DNA of 64,000 nt from positions 248,001 through 312,000 of the forward strand of contig CAUYUJ010000181.1 in assembly GCA_963575745.1 (NCBI GenBank). The letters run 5' to 3'. The notes under the pieces were generated by a model. That model was not told the DNA's origin and did no database searches. It saw only the letters and a list, made by a program, of their open reading frames with translations. Shown here piece after piece: positions 27,301 through 40,155 of the stretch. Source of the DNA: Prorocentrum cordatum. Its lineage: Eukaryota. Position numbers and translations under genes: made by a program. Position 1 is the first letter of the stretch. Every line of letters begins with the position of its first letter.

Positions 27301-29060
27301 TATTGGCCTCCCCCAGCGTGTTCTCGCCAATCCAACCAGCGCTATCAAGATCGTGCAACATGTTACCCATTGAGTCAATTACCTTCCATGCCCTCGTGCC
27401 GTCAAGTATCTCCAGGTTCAACTGCGCGGTCCTCTTTCGGATCACCTCCAACTCAAGAATGCGATCGATGGGCACGCCAGCTGCACCTTGTGGAAGTGGT
27501 TTGGCCATGTCGATGTGCTTGTTCAGTGTCTTCTCAGCCGTGAAGCAGTGGTTCAACAATATCTGAAGTGGCCTCGACAGTATCTCTGCAATCTCAAACT
27601 GGTATCGGCAATCAGGCAAGTCGAAAAATTTGATTACCTTGTCAACCTTGACGCCTGCCTTGCCGCCGCCGTCACGATCGGCATCATCACCATCTTCGTC
27701 GCGCTCACCCTGACTTCTAAAGGCTCGTTTGAAAGATCGAGGTCCCAGCCCATGTTGAACCAATCCTCGAAGAGCCCAGGCAGACGCCTCATCGAAACCT
27801 TTCCATCTGTATTTCAATGGCTCCGTGATCCTGGTGTCGAGGCCGATTTTGATGCGCTCCGTAACAATCTGCAACGATACGTTCGCATCGCCATTGCAAC
27901 CCAAGGGGCATCCGTCCAGAACGCAATAGTGGTAAATGTGTTCATCGGCCCAGTGCCCATTGTCAGCTTCCACAATTGCTTGGGTGGCCGACTCGTCGAC
28001 GTCGCGAGCGGGCATGGTAGTTCGAAGCTGCGAGCGGGCAGCATCCTGCCACTCTTGCATCTGCGGGGTGAGCTCAAAGACTTGCCTGTGTCTGAACGTC
28101 TTCTTGATTTCAGCTTCTAGGGCTTGCAAATATCGATCCATACATCGTCCACCCATCAACTTGTGAGCCAGCGTGCACAAAACTGCAGGGACGTCGTACT
28201 TCAACGATTCGAAGATGGGCTTCTGACAGAGAGCTGCCGAATGGCACATGCATGTTATGTGCAATTGGCTGTTCTTCTCCTGGCCAGGCGGAATATTGTT
28301 GTTATAATCATTAAGTGCAGCCTCCTCCATCCCAATGCTATTTTTTATTCACAATGTGCCCATCCTTGATAAGAACACTGACCTTCCGCACTCTGTCAAA
28401 CTTTCTCTTGATGTCGCCGTCGGGATCCAACCTTGAACCAACATGCGTTGCTGAAGCCGCCGTCCATCGTCGCCAATTACTCCTGACCGCCATCGAATTC
28501 GCTTTGGGTTAATGGCTGCAGCGGCGAGAAAACCTCGGCGGCGAAGAGGGAACTCTCAGGAGCAGGCTGGCCTGAATTATTCGAACAAGACGCTGCACTT
28601 TGACGGGCAAATATGCATTCGCACGAATTCAAAACTGCTTCATGCTTGTTCTTACCCCTCTGCTGTAGTTTTTTTTTTTTTTTTTTTTCTGCACGCGTCT
28701 GTTCACATGCCGTTGTGACTGCGCACTGTCTCTCATCCACATCGAGGCGTCGTCGAACATAGAAGTACATATCGCCAGAGCAGTGTCAATACAGTGATCG
28801 AGCAATGAGGCCAATCCTCTGCTCTGCTGACACACTGCTGAAGCAAGGCCTCTGTCAAGATTGCGTCGGGCAGCCTTGTCGTCCTTCTCCTGCTTACCCA
28901 TTGGACGTGGGCCTCCATCGATCCAGTGCTCTCGACCAAGACGCCCGCCAGGACCAAACATCGAAGACGAAACTTCTTGCGGCCTCGAAACCAGTGTCCT
29001 CTGAATCATCGAAGCCGGTGTTTTCAATTTATGTTGCAGCACGCCTCGTGAAATTCGCAT
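24333..29060 (-). mobile_element. hAT-like DDE transposase gene fused to an HMG box and a PARP-type zinc finger (~1300 aa; 2 introns, 5 frameshifts, 1 stop; start uncertain)
   Basis: Ordered motifs: MFDDASMW (~28750), IKDGHIVN (~28360), CMCH (~28245), PLKYRW (~27810), PVGATKAERKH (~26990). HMG-like RKTRAYDLFV...WRALSLEDRRGYEERA (26560-26710). SNRSVCPWCDEKIPKG..R...YIHSQC (24455-24585). Confidence 0.75.
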
Positions 29061-31418
29061 GCGGGTCTCGGCGCTAAGAACTGCGCCTCGACGATGCCCG
29101 CGGCGACCATGGCGTCCTCCCGAGGCTCTCAGTGATTCACGCCCAAAGAGCCCAAGACAATTTCAGGAATGCTCGAGATTGCCCTTGTATGTTTCACACC
29201 ATGTGTTGTTGCCCCCCCTTCCAATAAATGCCCCCACAGAGTCCCCCCCCAAAAGGCCCACGAGGGAACGCGTGGCCCGCGGGGTGCAGTCGAGGGCAGG
29301 GGGTGAGCCTTCCAGGGTTCTCTCTAAGCCCTTGCAAGGCCCTCTTAGGCAATGCTTGTAGAGAAGCCCCAAAAATATTGGAGGCCGCGTTGGGGCCTTA
29401 GCAAAATCTCAAAGAATCTTTTGAGCCAGCGCTCAAGCCCTGAAGGGTCCAAAGGGGCTCTTCCAGGAATTGCTAACAACGCACCCTGTAAAACAATCAA
29501 AGGTTTGAACTGGAGTTAGCCGCTTTACTTCCGCAGGCCTTTGCCGCCCTGCCCGAATGGAGAGGCGGAAAAAGGCAAGGGGGAGGGAGTAAGAGAGAAG
29601 TCCTCCTGGTCCAGGTGGGGCTGCTGGTGGTGGGGCTGCTGGTGGGGCTGCTGGTGGCGGCGCTGCAGGCGGGTCTGCCTGCGGCGATGGGTCGAAGAAC
29701 CCTCTGTACATGGGCCACAAACGTGGTTTCAGCCAAAATGGCTATGGGCAACGCTTTCGTGCTCTCACCTGCTCGCGCTTGTTCTTCTCACGCCGTGCCC
29801 TCCATTCGTCTCTGCTCCCTCTGCCCGTTCCGTGACCTCCTCCTCCTCCTCCTCCCTTCCCTTTCGCGGCTCACCCCCCCTTACCTGCCTCGCTCTCTCA
29901 CCATCCTTTCCGTCAGGGGGGGCAGCATCTGGGAGAAACCACATCCAAGGCCTTCTAGAATCAACGGTGCTGCCTTGCGGCATCGAAAATTAACAGAGCT
30001 GCATGCAGATATTGTTTTGCAAAACCATATGCCCATCTGAAGTACTTAATTTGGGATCACCAACGTGCCCCCGAAAATTCCACTGCCCAAGCCCCAGTAA
30101 ACCGTTATATGGCACCTGGGGGGTACAATCCTGGGAGGAGTGCGCGGGATGCGCCGGACAGGCGGCGGAGGCGGTGGCGCCGAGGTCGCTGGGGATGAAG
30201 ATGGCGGCGCCGGCCCGGAGCTCGAAGCAGTCACTGACGACGGTGGTTGGAGGGGCCATTCCTTCAAATCCTTCTTGGCCTCCACGGACCTGGCATCCTT
30301 AGGCTTGTGCTTCCGCCGGCGCGGACGCCGCACCTTCGGCCGCTCGCCCTCCAGGATCCCCTTGTCCTCCTCGGTCGTCGACTTGACCTCCGCCTGCGCA
30401 GCCGGCAAACTCCCTGGCGGCACCGGAAGCGCCAGGACGTAGAGTACCTGCTGCGGCGGCGGTGGCGGCGGCTGGATGGGCCGCACGATCACTTTCACAT
30501 GGTCCTTGGACTCCGCCGCGGGCGGTAGGGGAGCCCGCGGAACCGCTGGCGAGGGCTCCAGAGCCTGGCTGTGCAAATGCGGGTTCCTCGAGCGCTCCTT
30601 CGCCGCGCGACTCCACCTCCGCAGATTCGTCACTGGACGGCCTTGACTCGCTGGGGGCGCCTCCGACACCGGGCGTCTCTGCAGGCGAGCAATCTCCGCG
30701 TCCACCACGCAGAAAGGGCTCACCACCTCGCTCCAGTTGCCAGGCGGGGGCTCCATGGCAGATCACGAAATTCGCCTGCCCTACATCAAACGCTGAACAG
30801 AAACGCGAGAGACGAGTGCCCAGCTCCTCACCGATCAAGTCGTCGGGAACGAAGAAGCGCGCGTGAATGGGCCCCGCGTTCAAGTCTGAAGCCGTACCTG
30901 GGGAGCGCACCGCACCGGAAACGATGCGGCCAGGCGGAAAGGTAGCAGTGAAAACGAAAGCCGAGGAGGCGGCCGCGGGGGGCCTGCTCGAGCCCCATCT
31001 CCCAGAGCTTGACCTGGGAGGCAGTGCTGCGCGACCACGGCCCCCAGAGGCCGCAGTCTTGAGCCAAAATGGCTACGGACGGGATGGGGAGCAGGGGGAG
31101 GAGGGGGAGGAGGAGGAGGAGGAGGAGGAGGAGGAGGAGGAGGAGGAGGAGGAGGAGGAGGAGGAGGAGGAGGAGACAGGCTCGTAGAAGGGGAGAAGGA
31201 GGAGGAGGAGGAGGAGGAGGAGGAGGAAGAGGAGGATGGGGAGGAAGAGGAACAATAAGAAAGCGCGGAGGAGTCGGACGGCCAGACGACCACGATACGA
31301 AGACGAGGGGAGGAGGTCGCGGAGGAGAAGGAGGGAGAAGGAGACGGAAGGATGAGGTGGAGGGTCGGGAGGAGAACGAGGAAGAGGGAGGAGGGAGAAG
31401 ATGGGATCGCCGCGGAAC

Positions 31419-31517
31419 TCACACCCTGTCTTGGACGACGCCCGTCTCTCGCGCAACCAGGGCCAAGTTGCCGGTTCGCCTCTCCACGAACACGTCGCCG
31501 CGAGTGACCGGGGCCAC
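31419..31517 (-). CDS. O-fucosyltransferase-like gene, probable last exon (VAPVTRGDVFVERRTGNL...)
   Basis: ttccacag acceptor, phase 0 with the previous exon, in-frame stop at 31419. Confidence 0.5.
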   Translation of the reverse strand: MAPVTRGDVFVERRTGNLALVARETGVVQDRV

Positions 31518-31979
31518 CTGTGGAACGGATCGCGGCGGGAGGGAGCGCGGGGGCGAAGGGAGACAGACTCCTGTTCCTCCTGTCCTCCTCCTCCTCCTCC
31601 TCTTCCTCCTCCTTCTCCTCCTCCTTCTCCTCCTCCTCCTCCTCCTCCTCGGGGGAATGGGACGAAGGAGCCGGGCCTCTGGGGTCCCTCGCCTGGCCCC
31701 GGGGCCGTCAGAAAGCAACTCCCGGACGAGACGCCGGTCCCGGGAAGGGGACCAGACCCCCGGGGGTCCAGGAAACGGAGGAGGGGAGGGGGGAGAAGCA
31801 AGAGGAATTGAAATGTAGGAAACGGTGTTTCGTGATGTTATACATTCTGTTGTGCTTGAGCTCGGTGTCACAACAAACAATATCCTGGCGAAGGACCCAA
31901 CCATATGCAGTTGTGAACACCGCAACTGCAGAGCTCCCTATGGGGCCAGGGTGTGCCAAAATGGGGCTACGAGCGCGAC

Positions 31980-32127
<148 letters not shown>

Positions 32128-32939
32128 AGTCGGGGTGCAAAAAAGGAAGAGGGCAGGAGCAGAAATAGCGGGGGGTAGGAGGGGAAAAATGGAGGGTAGA
32201 CAAGCGAATGGAATGGAAACGTGATCGCTGACGAACTCGGGCAAATCACACATACAAGGGTTTGGGCCGCCAGACCCTACGAAACCTGTCCAACAACTCT
32301 TTGCGATTCGTTTGGATGAAGTGCAGGGTGCAGGATTGCCCAATCCCCTGAACTGGGCGCTCCGAAGCATCCAGCACAAAGAATCTTCCCGAAACAGAAG
32401 CGTCTGAGACCAGCGTGCCCAGCCCTCCGAAACATGGCCCCTGAGTCCGGTTGGTGGCTTGAACCTCCGCCCCGCTACACGGCCTCGGGCTCCTCGCGCG
32501 AGGGGCCCGGCCAGTCCGTCCTTCGAGCAGCCGAAACGCGGCATCTGCACATGCGGCACCGCTGTCCTGCGTCGTCCAGGGCGAGCTGCGAGGTCAGAGC
32601 TGCAGCAGCTCTCAGGTTGGGCGGGGGCGGGGGGGGAAAAGGGGGCAGCGTCGTTGGCAGACGAGGGCACGCCGCGATTTCGAGACTCGCAGGCCGCTGG
32701 ATGGACTGTTGGGCCTTCACGGCGGACAACGTTGCTCTCAACATTCGTTTGCGCACCAGCCTTGCCTCGCCTCTGAATCATGAGCCCGAAATCGAGCAGC
32801 CTCGGGTAATATTGCTTCTGCCGCAGCCACGTCCGCAAAAGTATCTGCAGCTGCGCCCTCTTCAAAAACCCAGTTCGCAAGCGTGCCCCAACCGATATCA
32901 CAAGCCTCGACGCGTGAGACAACTCTCACCAGTGTGATC

Positions 32940-34030
32940 ATGCGCCCTCGGCCATGAACGAACCGCGCGCGCGAACGCCAAACATCAGCCACCTCGCCTG
33001 GGGGTAGCGATATCTCTGGCCGAACCGTTCTCGCACGAATTCTTTCTGATCAAAACTGAACGCCAAGTAGCCCAAGAAATGATTGAAACCCGCTTCCCAA
33101 ACCCTCAGCCCCCCGCGGTGGGCCGACTGGTCCAGACCCGCCAGGGGCCCGTAAAAGGCCGAACCGAAGCTGCAAGGAGTCCTGGCGCCGGCAGCCATCT
33201 TAGCCACAGCGAATCCCACTCTTCTCAAGCTGCCGCCCCAACTGTCTGGCCCTCCAGACGCGTCGCCGAATGCCTGCATGGGGGTCTGGCACCGCGCCTC
33301 CTCCTGGCACGCCCTCCTCAAACGTCTCGGCGCGCAAACTACCGGTCTCCCAGCTGTCGCTTTCAGGAGGCGGAGGAACTGGGGCCGGGCAGACGGGGCA
33401 ACCTTTCCAAACCAGAAGCAACCGAACGCGTCACTCTGATGAGCAACTACATCTGGTAACAGATTGCCTGATTGTGCGTACCCCTGATGCCTGGAGTTCT
33501 CTGGGTAAGCCCAGCAGCGGTGAACGGGAGACTCCGCAGCGGGCGGATGTCCCGCCGATGCGCAGCGTGGGCACAGATTGCTGTCGATAGGCTCACACCG
33601 TTGTTTACGCTCCTCCATCCAACTCCCCCCGACCGCAACGCGAACCTTGATATCTACCAGTTGCCTGTCTTGTGCTCCTAGCCGACACAAAGTGCAAGGC
33701 TAGCTGCCGAAAGGGTGCGTTGACTGCGCTTCTGTCGATGCCCGACCGCAGTGCAGCCGATCTGCCTGCTGGCGATCTGCAACATGGCCAGGAAACGCGG
33801 CATCTCATCCAACAAACGCGTCGCCTGATCAGCGGGCGCGGTTCCTTTGATGTGCTCGCGTCGCTTGCTGACGGGGATGCCCCCGAGAGCCTGCGCAGAG
33901 GGGGCCAAGACGCGCTTGGCCCTCGCCCGAACAGGAGGAAGCCGAACCAAGAGTCGAGCCACCTGCTAATCACATCCATCGGCATGGTGAAACCTGGGCC
34001 ACGACACGGATCTCGCCCGAATGTCAAGTA
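32940..34030 (-). mobile_element. Degenerate LINE 3' fragment with zinc knuckle and RNase H
   Basis: CPRC...ESPVHRCW knuckle; RNase H-like FGDASGG and GPLAGLDQSAHRGGL (cf. YTDGS and QTxxRAEL). Confidence 0.65.
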
Positions 34031-34790
34031 CTGATACGAAGCCACGTTTGTTCGGCCCGAGGCCCGTGGAGGGCCCCGGGGAAGCCACGCACGGCGAAAA
34101 TCCTCAGGACCCCTTTCCCTTAAGGACCCGCTGCCTTCAGCCGGCCACGCGCAGGAGTGACCCCGGGCAAGAGCGACCCTTGGTGCGCGGCCCGAGGGGG
34201 GGGGCCCTTTGGTGACAACGCCAGGCGCGCAGGCCGCTGCTATCGTATCGCATTCAGCGCTCGGGGGGCCCGTCGCGCCGCGATCCACGTCGAAACCGTG
34301 TTAACTCCGTGTCGAATCTGGGTCGAATCCGTGTCGAATCCGCGTCGAAGCCGCGTCGGAGTTCAAGAAAAGACGGCCACTTACAGGACAGGAAAGGCCC
34401 CCCGAAGAGGCACGGTGACCTCGAGGGTCCCACCTTCGGCGAGGTTCGTCGAGCCCGCATCGAGGCCAATCGTGCTGCAGCCCGCGCCCTCGTGCGGTCC
34501 CGAGCGCCACCCGCCCGGCCAGTGTCCCCTCCGAGCAACGCACCCTGCGAAGCCGCGCCGCGCGCCGCAGCATCCGCCTCCAGCCCCCCCCCCCCCTTCC
34601 CCCCGGCAGATCTTGATCCTGCCTGCGGTAATGACGCCGAGCGTGTTGGTTCCTATGGCCTGGGCAAAAAAAAACTGCACACGTACGTCGATTACCCCGC
34701 CGGCGTTGTCGACCCAGACGGCCTACCCATCTGAGCCCTCGGAGCCGGCCACATGCCCCAGGCGGTGCCCCCCCCCATCGGCGGGCCCGC

Positions 34791-34853
34791 CTCCCACGGC
34801 CTCCGCTGCCACTCCTCGATCTGCGCCCCGATCTGCTCGAGCGGCACCCGCAC
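34791..34853 (-). CDS. O-fucosyltransferase-like gene, probable exon (VRVPLEQIGAQIEEWQRRPWE)
   Basis: AG acceptor, GC donor, 21 codons; the junction to the upstream exon is not fully resolved. Confidence 0.5.
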
Positions 34854-37112
34854 CTCGGCCCCGAGGGCCGTGCGGTGGGGGGAGGAGGCCGCGGGCGCGC
34901 GGGTGGGGCTCCTGCGACCCCCTCCCCCGCGCGCGGCGGCCCTGCTCGGAGGCATCGCTCTTGGATGGCTCGGCGGCAACTCACGGTTGGCTCATGGGAG
35001 TCTCCTCCTCCTCCTCCTCCTCCTCCTCCTCTCCTCCTCCTCTCCTCCTCCTCCTCCTCTTCCTCTTCTTCCTCCTCCTCTCCTCCTCCTCCTCCCCTCC
35101 CCCTCCTCCTCCTCCCCTCCTCCTCCTCCTCTCCGTCCTCCTCCTCTCCGTCCTCCCCCTCCTCCTCACCCTCCTCCTCCTCCTCCTCCTCCTCCTCCTC
35201 CTCCTCCTCCTCCTCCTTCTCCTCCTCCTCCTCCTCCTCCTCCTCTCCTCCGTCGTGTGCGGACTGGGCAGTTCCCTCGGATGCCCAGGGGGTATATCGA
35301 GACCCCCTGGGGCCCGGCGGCCGCGCGGCATGCAGGGCGTGCGCGGCGGGTCGGGAGCTCATTGCTCCAGAGCTGGCAGCTCCAGCTTGTCGGGTGGGGA
35401 AGGACGCGCCGCCGCGGGGAGCCCCATTCAGCACGTCACCGTTGAATGATCACCAGGCCCCAAGGGCAGAAGCGAGGGCGGAACGCGCTGACGGGCACCA
35501 GGCGGCAGCGTGTCATTGACGCTCCTCCTGCTCCCAACCCACGGACAGGGCGACAAGCGAGCCATGGACGAAGGGGGACAAGACAGGACAAGACGTGGGT
35601 GTTTCGGGGGGGGGGGGGACGAAAGGGATAGCGGGAGGCGCCTATGTATCAAGGAATGGTCCTGGCGGTGGGGCCGAAACCAGCTGCATGCAACAGATTT
35701 CGTAAGCCCCACTGTCCCTATCCTACTCTTTCGTCCGGCCCAAGCGTTGCTCAACGGGGGGCGACAAGTGGAGGGGGGGGGGGGGGAAGAAAGGGGCACC
35801 ATTTGTCCCCTCAAGGGGCCCTCCGGGGCCCAAATAAAGAGCAGGACAGATGCACGTCTCTCCCCCCCGAGTAATCGCCCCCCCCCCCCCCCCCAAGATG
35901 CAACGCCCAAAAGACACTCGCGTCGGGGTCCCTGGGAGGGAGTCGACCTCGGAACACCGGAGAACTCAGCACGCCGAACAAAAACAGCTCGGGCCAACTC
36001 GCAGACCACCCGCGGGGCCCGTCCTGTGAGCAAGGCGGCCCCTCACCTTGGCGCGAGCATGAGGCGCAGAAGGCGGCAGGAGGGAGGGGACGGGCCGGAC
36101 GGGGAATGGGAAGGATCGAGGAGAGATGAGATAAGTGCAGGCCATGGCGACAAGGGAAGAGCAACGGTATTGGTAATTTGTCCTCTTCTGGCCTACCGCA
36201 GAGTCCTCGCAACACTCACGCTGAGCTGACCCCACCCCCCGCAGATTACCGCGTGGAAAATGATCGATCTCAAAATTTGGGACCCGTAGGCAGAACCCGA
36301 CGCCACGGTCGCAGTGAACATGGGGCGTGCGCAGCCTCCTGGAGCCTCGGGAACCTCGCGTGTGGCTGCGGAGCGCTCCCGTGGCGGGTCACGAGAGGCG
36401 AACAGGTCCTCATCCGCGCCCTCGCGGTCCGAAGTCCGGGGCACGATTCCGTGGATACGCGGTCGCACGGATACGAGTCGCGCAAGGCATCCGCGAAAAC
36501 GCGCCCGCATCCCTGGGGTCGCGGCCGTGGCTATGGATCCGTTCCCGCCCACGAGCTGGGCGGCTTTGTATGCCTGCGCACTGTCTTCACGGCCCGGAAG
36601 GCATGAGGATGTTGGCCAGAGTGGGCCCCCAAGCTGTGCGTTGGCGCACTGTGGAAGTGAAGGTGGTGCGGCATAGACTGTGCGGTGAACACCGTGTCGC
36701 GCAAGCTGTGTGGTGCGAACTGTGGAGGTGCTGCGACGTGAGCCGCGTCGTGCAGGCAGCGTCGTGCAAGCTGGGTTGAGCCAGATCTGCGATGGAGACA
36801 CGTGGTGCACACCATGCGGTGAGAGCCGTGTCACGCAAAAGGAGGAGGAGGAGGAGGAGGAGGAGGAGGAGGAGGAGGAGGAGGAGGAGGGAGGAGGAGG
36901 GAGGAGAGGGAGGAGGAGGAGGAGGAGGAGGAGGAGGAGGAGGAGGAGGAGGAGGAAACTCAGAACCTTGGGGCGCCCACGCGGCGGCCACGGGTGGCAG
37001 CGTGGCGCCACCTCGGCATACGTACCCCCAGGCGCCCCAAAGCGCACGGGGCGCCCACGGAGCGCCCACGAGACGGCGCGGGCCGCAGCGTGGGCGCGGC
37101 CTCGGCATACCC

Positions 37113-37463
37113 TCAAGTCGGGCCTGTCCCCCTACAGGGGGATTTTGGGCGAAAAACAACGGATGCCGAAAACACACACCCAAACAATCAGAAAAACAAT
37201 ACGGCAGGTTCGTGTCGTGCCGACCCCAGCGTTGGTTTTTGACACCGCAGGGATCGTTCAACCTTGAACGATCGGCCGCTGCCGCAACGTCCGATCGTTC
37301 AACATCGATCGATTCCGGGTCGCCGGCGGCGTTCAACCTTGAACGCCCGCGCTGGGGTCGCCGCCGGTTGACACGACACGAACCTACCGTAAAGAAATAG
37401 TCCCCAGACCATCTTTTGACTATTGTCGAGTTTTCCTCCCGTAAAGGGGCAGGCCCGACTCGA
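37113..37463. mobile_element. Non-autonomous TIR element, family B, perfect 8-bp TSD
   Basis: tcaagtcgggcctgtccccctacagg...cccgtaaaggggcaggcccgactcga; gcataccc at 37105-12 and 37464-71; internal inverted repeats. Confidence 0.85.
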
Positions 37464-37911
37464 GCATACCCCCCCCAAACACGGGGCGTCGACGAGGCGC
37501 CCTCGAGGCGGCACGGGCGGCAGCGAGGCACCGCCTCGGCATGCCCCCCGAGCGTGGGGCGCCCACGAGGTCGCACGGGCGGCAACGTGGCGAACACCCA
37601 GCACACCCAACGAATTACACGTCGGTCAGAAGAGGTAGGTAGGAGCATGAAGTGGGAAGGCGGATTGAGTTGATTGGGTCCAGGCCCCCCCGGAGAGTAA
37701 CAAAACACAGCGAAAGCGTGTCGATTCTTGAAGTGGGAAGGCGCTTGAAGTAGATTGGGATCTGGGAATCCAGAAATACCCACTTTCAACGACCGGCGTG
37801 TATTTGATGTATAACGAAGAAAGAACCCCGGAGTGCAAGCTCGAGATCCCCGCGAGACCCCCGGGTTCGCGCCTCCCGCGACTGCCCCGCGCGCTTGTAG
37901 GGACTCCCGTC

Positions 37912-38007
37912 CGTGTGGACCAAGTGCATCTTGACCGGAGCATCGGCGTGTAAGCGCATGCGCTCGATATGGCCGGTGAAGCTGGACCGGTCGGTGCCGA
38001 TGAATAC
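37912..38007 (-). CDS. O-fucosyltransferase-like exon (VFIGTDRSSFTGHIERMRLHADAPVKMHLVHT)
   Basis: Matches the FxGTxxSxF motif of POFUT/O-FucT enzymes; gccag acceptor in phase with the YSK exon. Confidence 0.85.
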
Positions 38008-39978
38008 CTGGCGGCCTCTCTCTCGCATGGCTGCGCAACTGCAAACGAGACATCGGCGGGTTTGAGTATTTTGCTCTGGCGATCGATTCCACATGGCAAC
38101 GCATAGCCCAATAGACACTGTCCTGCGATGTCATCCTGACTATGATCGTTGTCATTTTGTTCCTGAATCTTCTGCGGAAGCGCTCTCTTGCGTTCTCACT
38201 GCGAGTGCATGGTCGACAAAGGTGGGAATTGGGAGCAGTGGAGGACAATAGTGGCACGGAGGAGAAGCAGGTCGGAAGGAAGATCAGCAGCAGGAGGCGG
38301 GGGGGCGAGGAGAAGGGGAGGAGAAGGACGATGACCAGGACAAAGAGTATCATTATCCTCCTCAGATGGGGGCGGGGACGGGATTTCAAGGAAAGCGGGA
38401 CAGGGAGGAGGAGCGCAAGTAGCATGAGATGCAGCAGGTGCCAATCTCATTTACATGCTGCTGGTAGCTTGAGCTGTGCGCAGTAAGTGAACACATGAAG
38501 AGGAGGATTTGGGTGGGGATGCAGCACGAAGCACTGCATCATGATCGTGAAGTGGCAGCACGGTGTATTCATGAGCGTGCTCTTGCTCGAACCAGGAAGT
38601 GTGCAATGGTGGGAGCCGGCTCGGAGGGGAGAGGGGAGCGGACGAGTGACATGAAGCCAAGGAGATGAAGGTAACTGAGGTAGTGGGGAGCGTATCGAGA
38701 CAATGATGGCATCCACAAAACCAAGTGGCCAATGTCTGGATCTTGACTCTGTAGGTTGGCGTCCACCCGCCCACAATGGTCTTTGCTGGATCTCCCATTT
38801 TCCGACCCGCCTCCGCAAGAGGCTGGGCATGCAGCCGTGGTGGAGAGAGAGGTGGCGGGGAACGAGGCGAAGGAGCAGAAGGTGGGCATGAGGAGGTGGC
38901 GGAGAAGGAGAGGTGCAGCCTCCGGGGACATGCTCGGCTCTGCTCGGCGGCAGCAGCAGCAGCGCATCCTTGGATCGCACCCCGACCTGCCTCGGCATGC
39001 CATGGCGTGCTGCCGGCTGCCTCGGCCCACCGCTGCACACGATGGCCTGCGGGCCCTTCCGGGCTGGTCCTCGGGCCACCCGCCGCGGAGAGCCGGGACA
39101 GCTTCACGAGAGCGCTCCGCCCTGGCCTTCCAGCTGCTCCACCCACGGCTCCCCTGCCTGCGCCGTGCCACCCGTGCGCCGCAGGTGGGCCGCGCTCCAG
39201 GGAGCGGGGGCCCGCGGACCCTGGCGCTCCCCAGGGGCCCAGGCCACACCAGGCATGAAATGAGGAGGGCCATCGAGCGAGCTTCGGAGGGATGCGCAAG
39301 ATTCGATGCAATGCGCACGGCCCAGCAGTGCGCATAGGCTGTCTCGGCCAGACCTGAAGCCCCGGAGGGGCACCAGACACTCGCATTTACCGCTCTCGCC
39401 CCTGCGCGCAGCGCGGGCGTCGAGACTTTAGGCCCGCGCGCAGATGGAGTTCCGCCAGCAGCTCCGCGGCCTCGAACACGGGGCGCACGCTCCCAGGGCG
39501 CTCGATTCCGCTTCGGCATGGCCCCGACGTCGTCCGAGCGTGCTCCGGCGTCGCCCTTACGCTGGCGAACGCTGGGCTGATCTGAACCTTCCTGGGGGCC
39601 TCTGAGGACCTCTGCGGCCTTATCATGAGAACGATTTCGTTCGACCGCCCCTCCTCACCATGCCGTCCATTCGTCCAGATTTCGTCCAGATTTGGTCCAG
39701 ATTTCGTCCAGATTTCGTCCAGATGTCTTCCAGTTGCCGACCAAATCCGACGAAATCCGCACGATCCCCCCAAGACCGCAAGACATTTTGGGACCCTCTG
39801 AAGCTCCCATGAAGGACCACACAACGAGGATCTCACCCTGCAGGCTCCGCAAAGCAAGGGCCACCGCCAGCGCCCACCAGAGTTCCCGACAACGGGCAAC
39901 CTTGGGCGACGCCACCTGTCGACCAGAAGACGGGCACGTGCATGTGCTCAATGTGGCTGAAGACCAGGCCTGCTTCAT

Positions 39979-40155
39979 TGACTACCTACCAGACCACCCC
40001 AACCCAACCCGAAGACCCGAATTTGACCCGAATTTCGGGTGGGGTCGGGTATGGGTTCCATGTGTTTTTTCAATGTTCCCCGAACCCCCCCCCACTAGAA
40101 ATTGAGTGCAAATGGAGGCCTTCGGGTTGGGTTGGGGTGGTTTGGTGGGTGGTGA
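39979..40155. mobile_element. MITE-like element with ~35-bp TIRs and 5-bp TSD
   Basis: accagaccaccccaacccaacccgaag vs cttcgggttgggttggggtggtttggt; ttcat at 39974-78 and 40156-60. Confidence 0.75.

Noticed and set aside
30046..30910. Frameshifted minus-strand ORF pair upstream of the transposase
   Set aside because: No motif recognised; cannot be tied to the element
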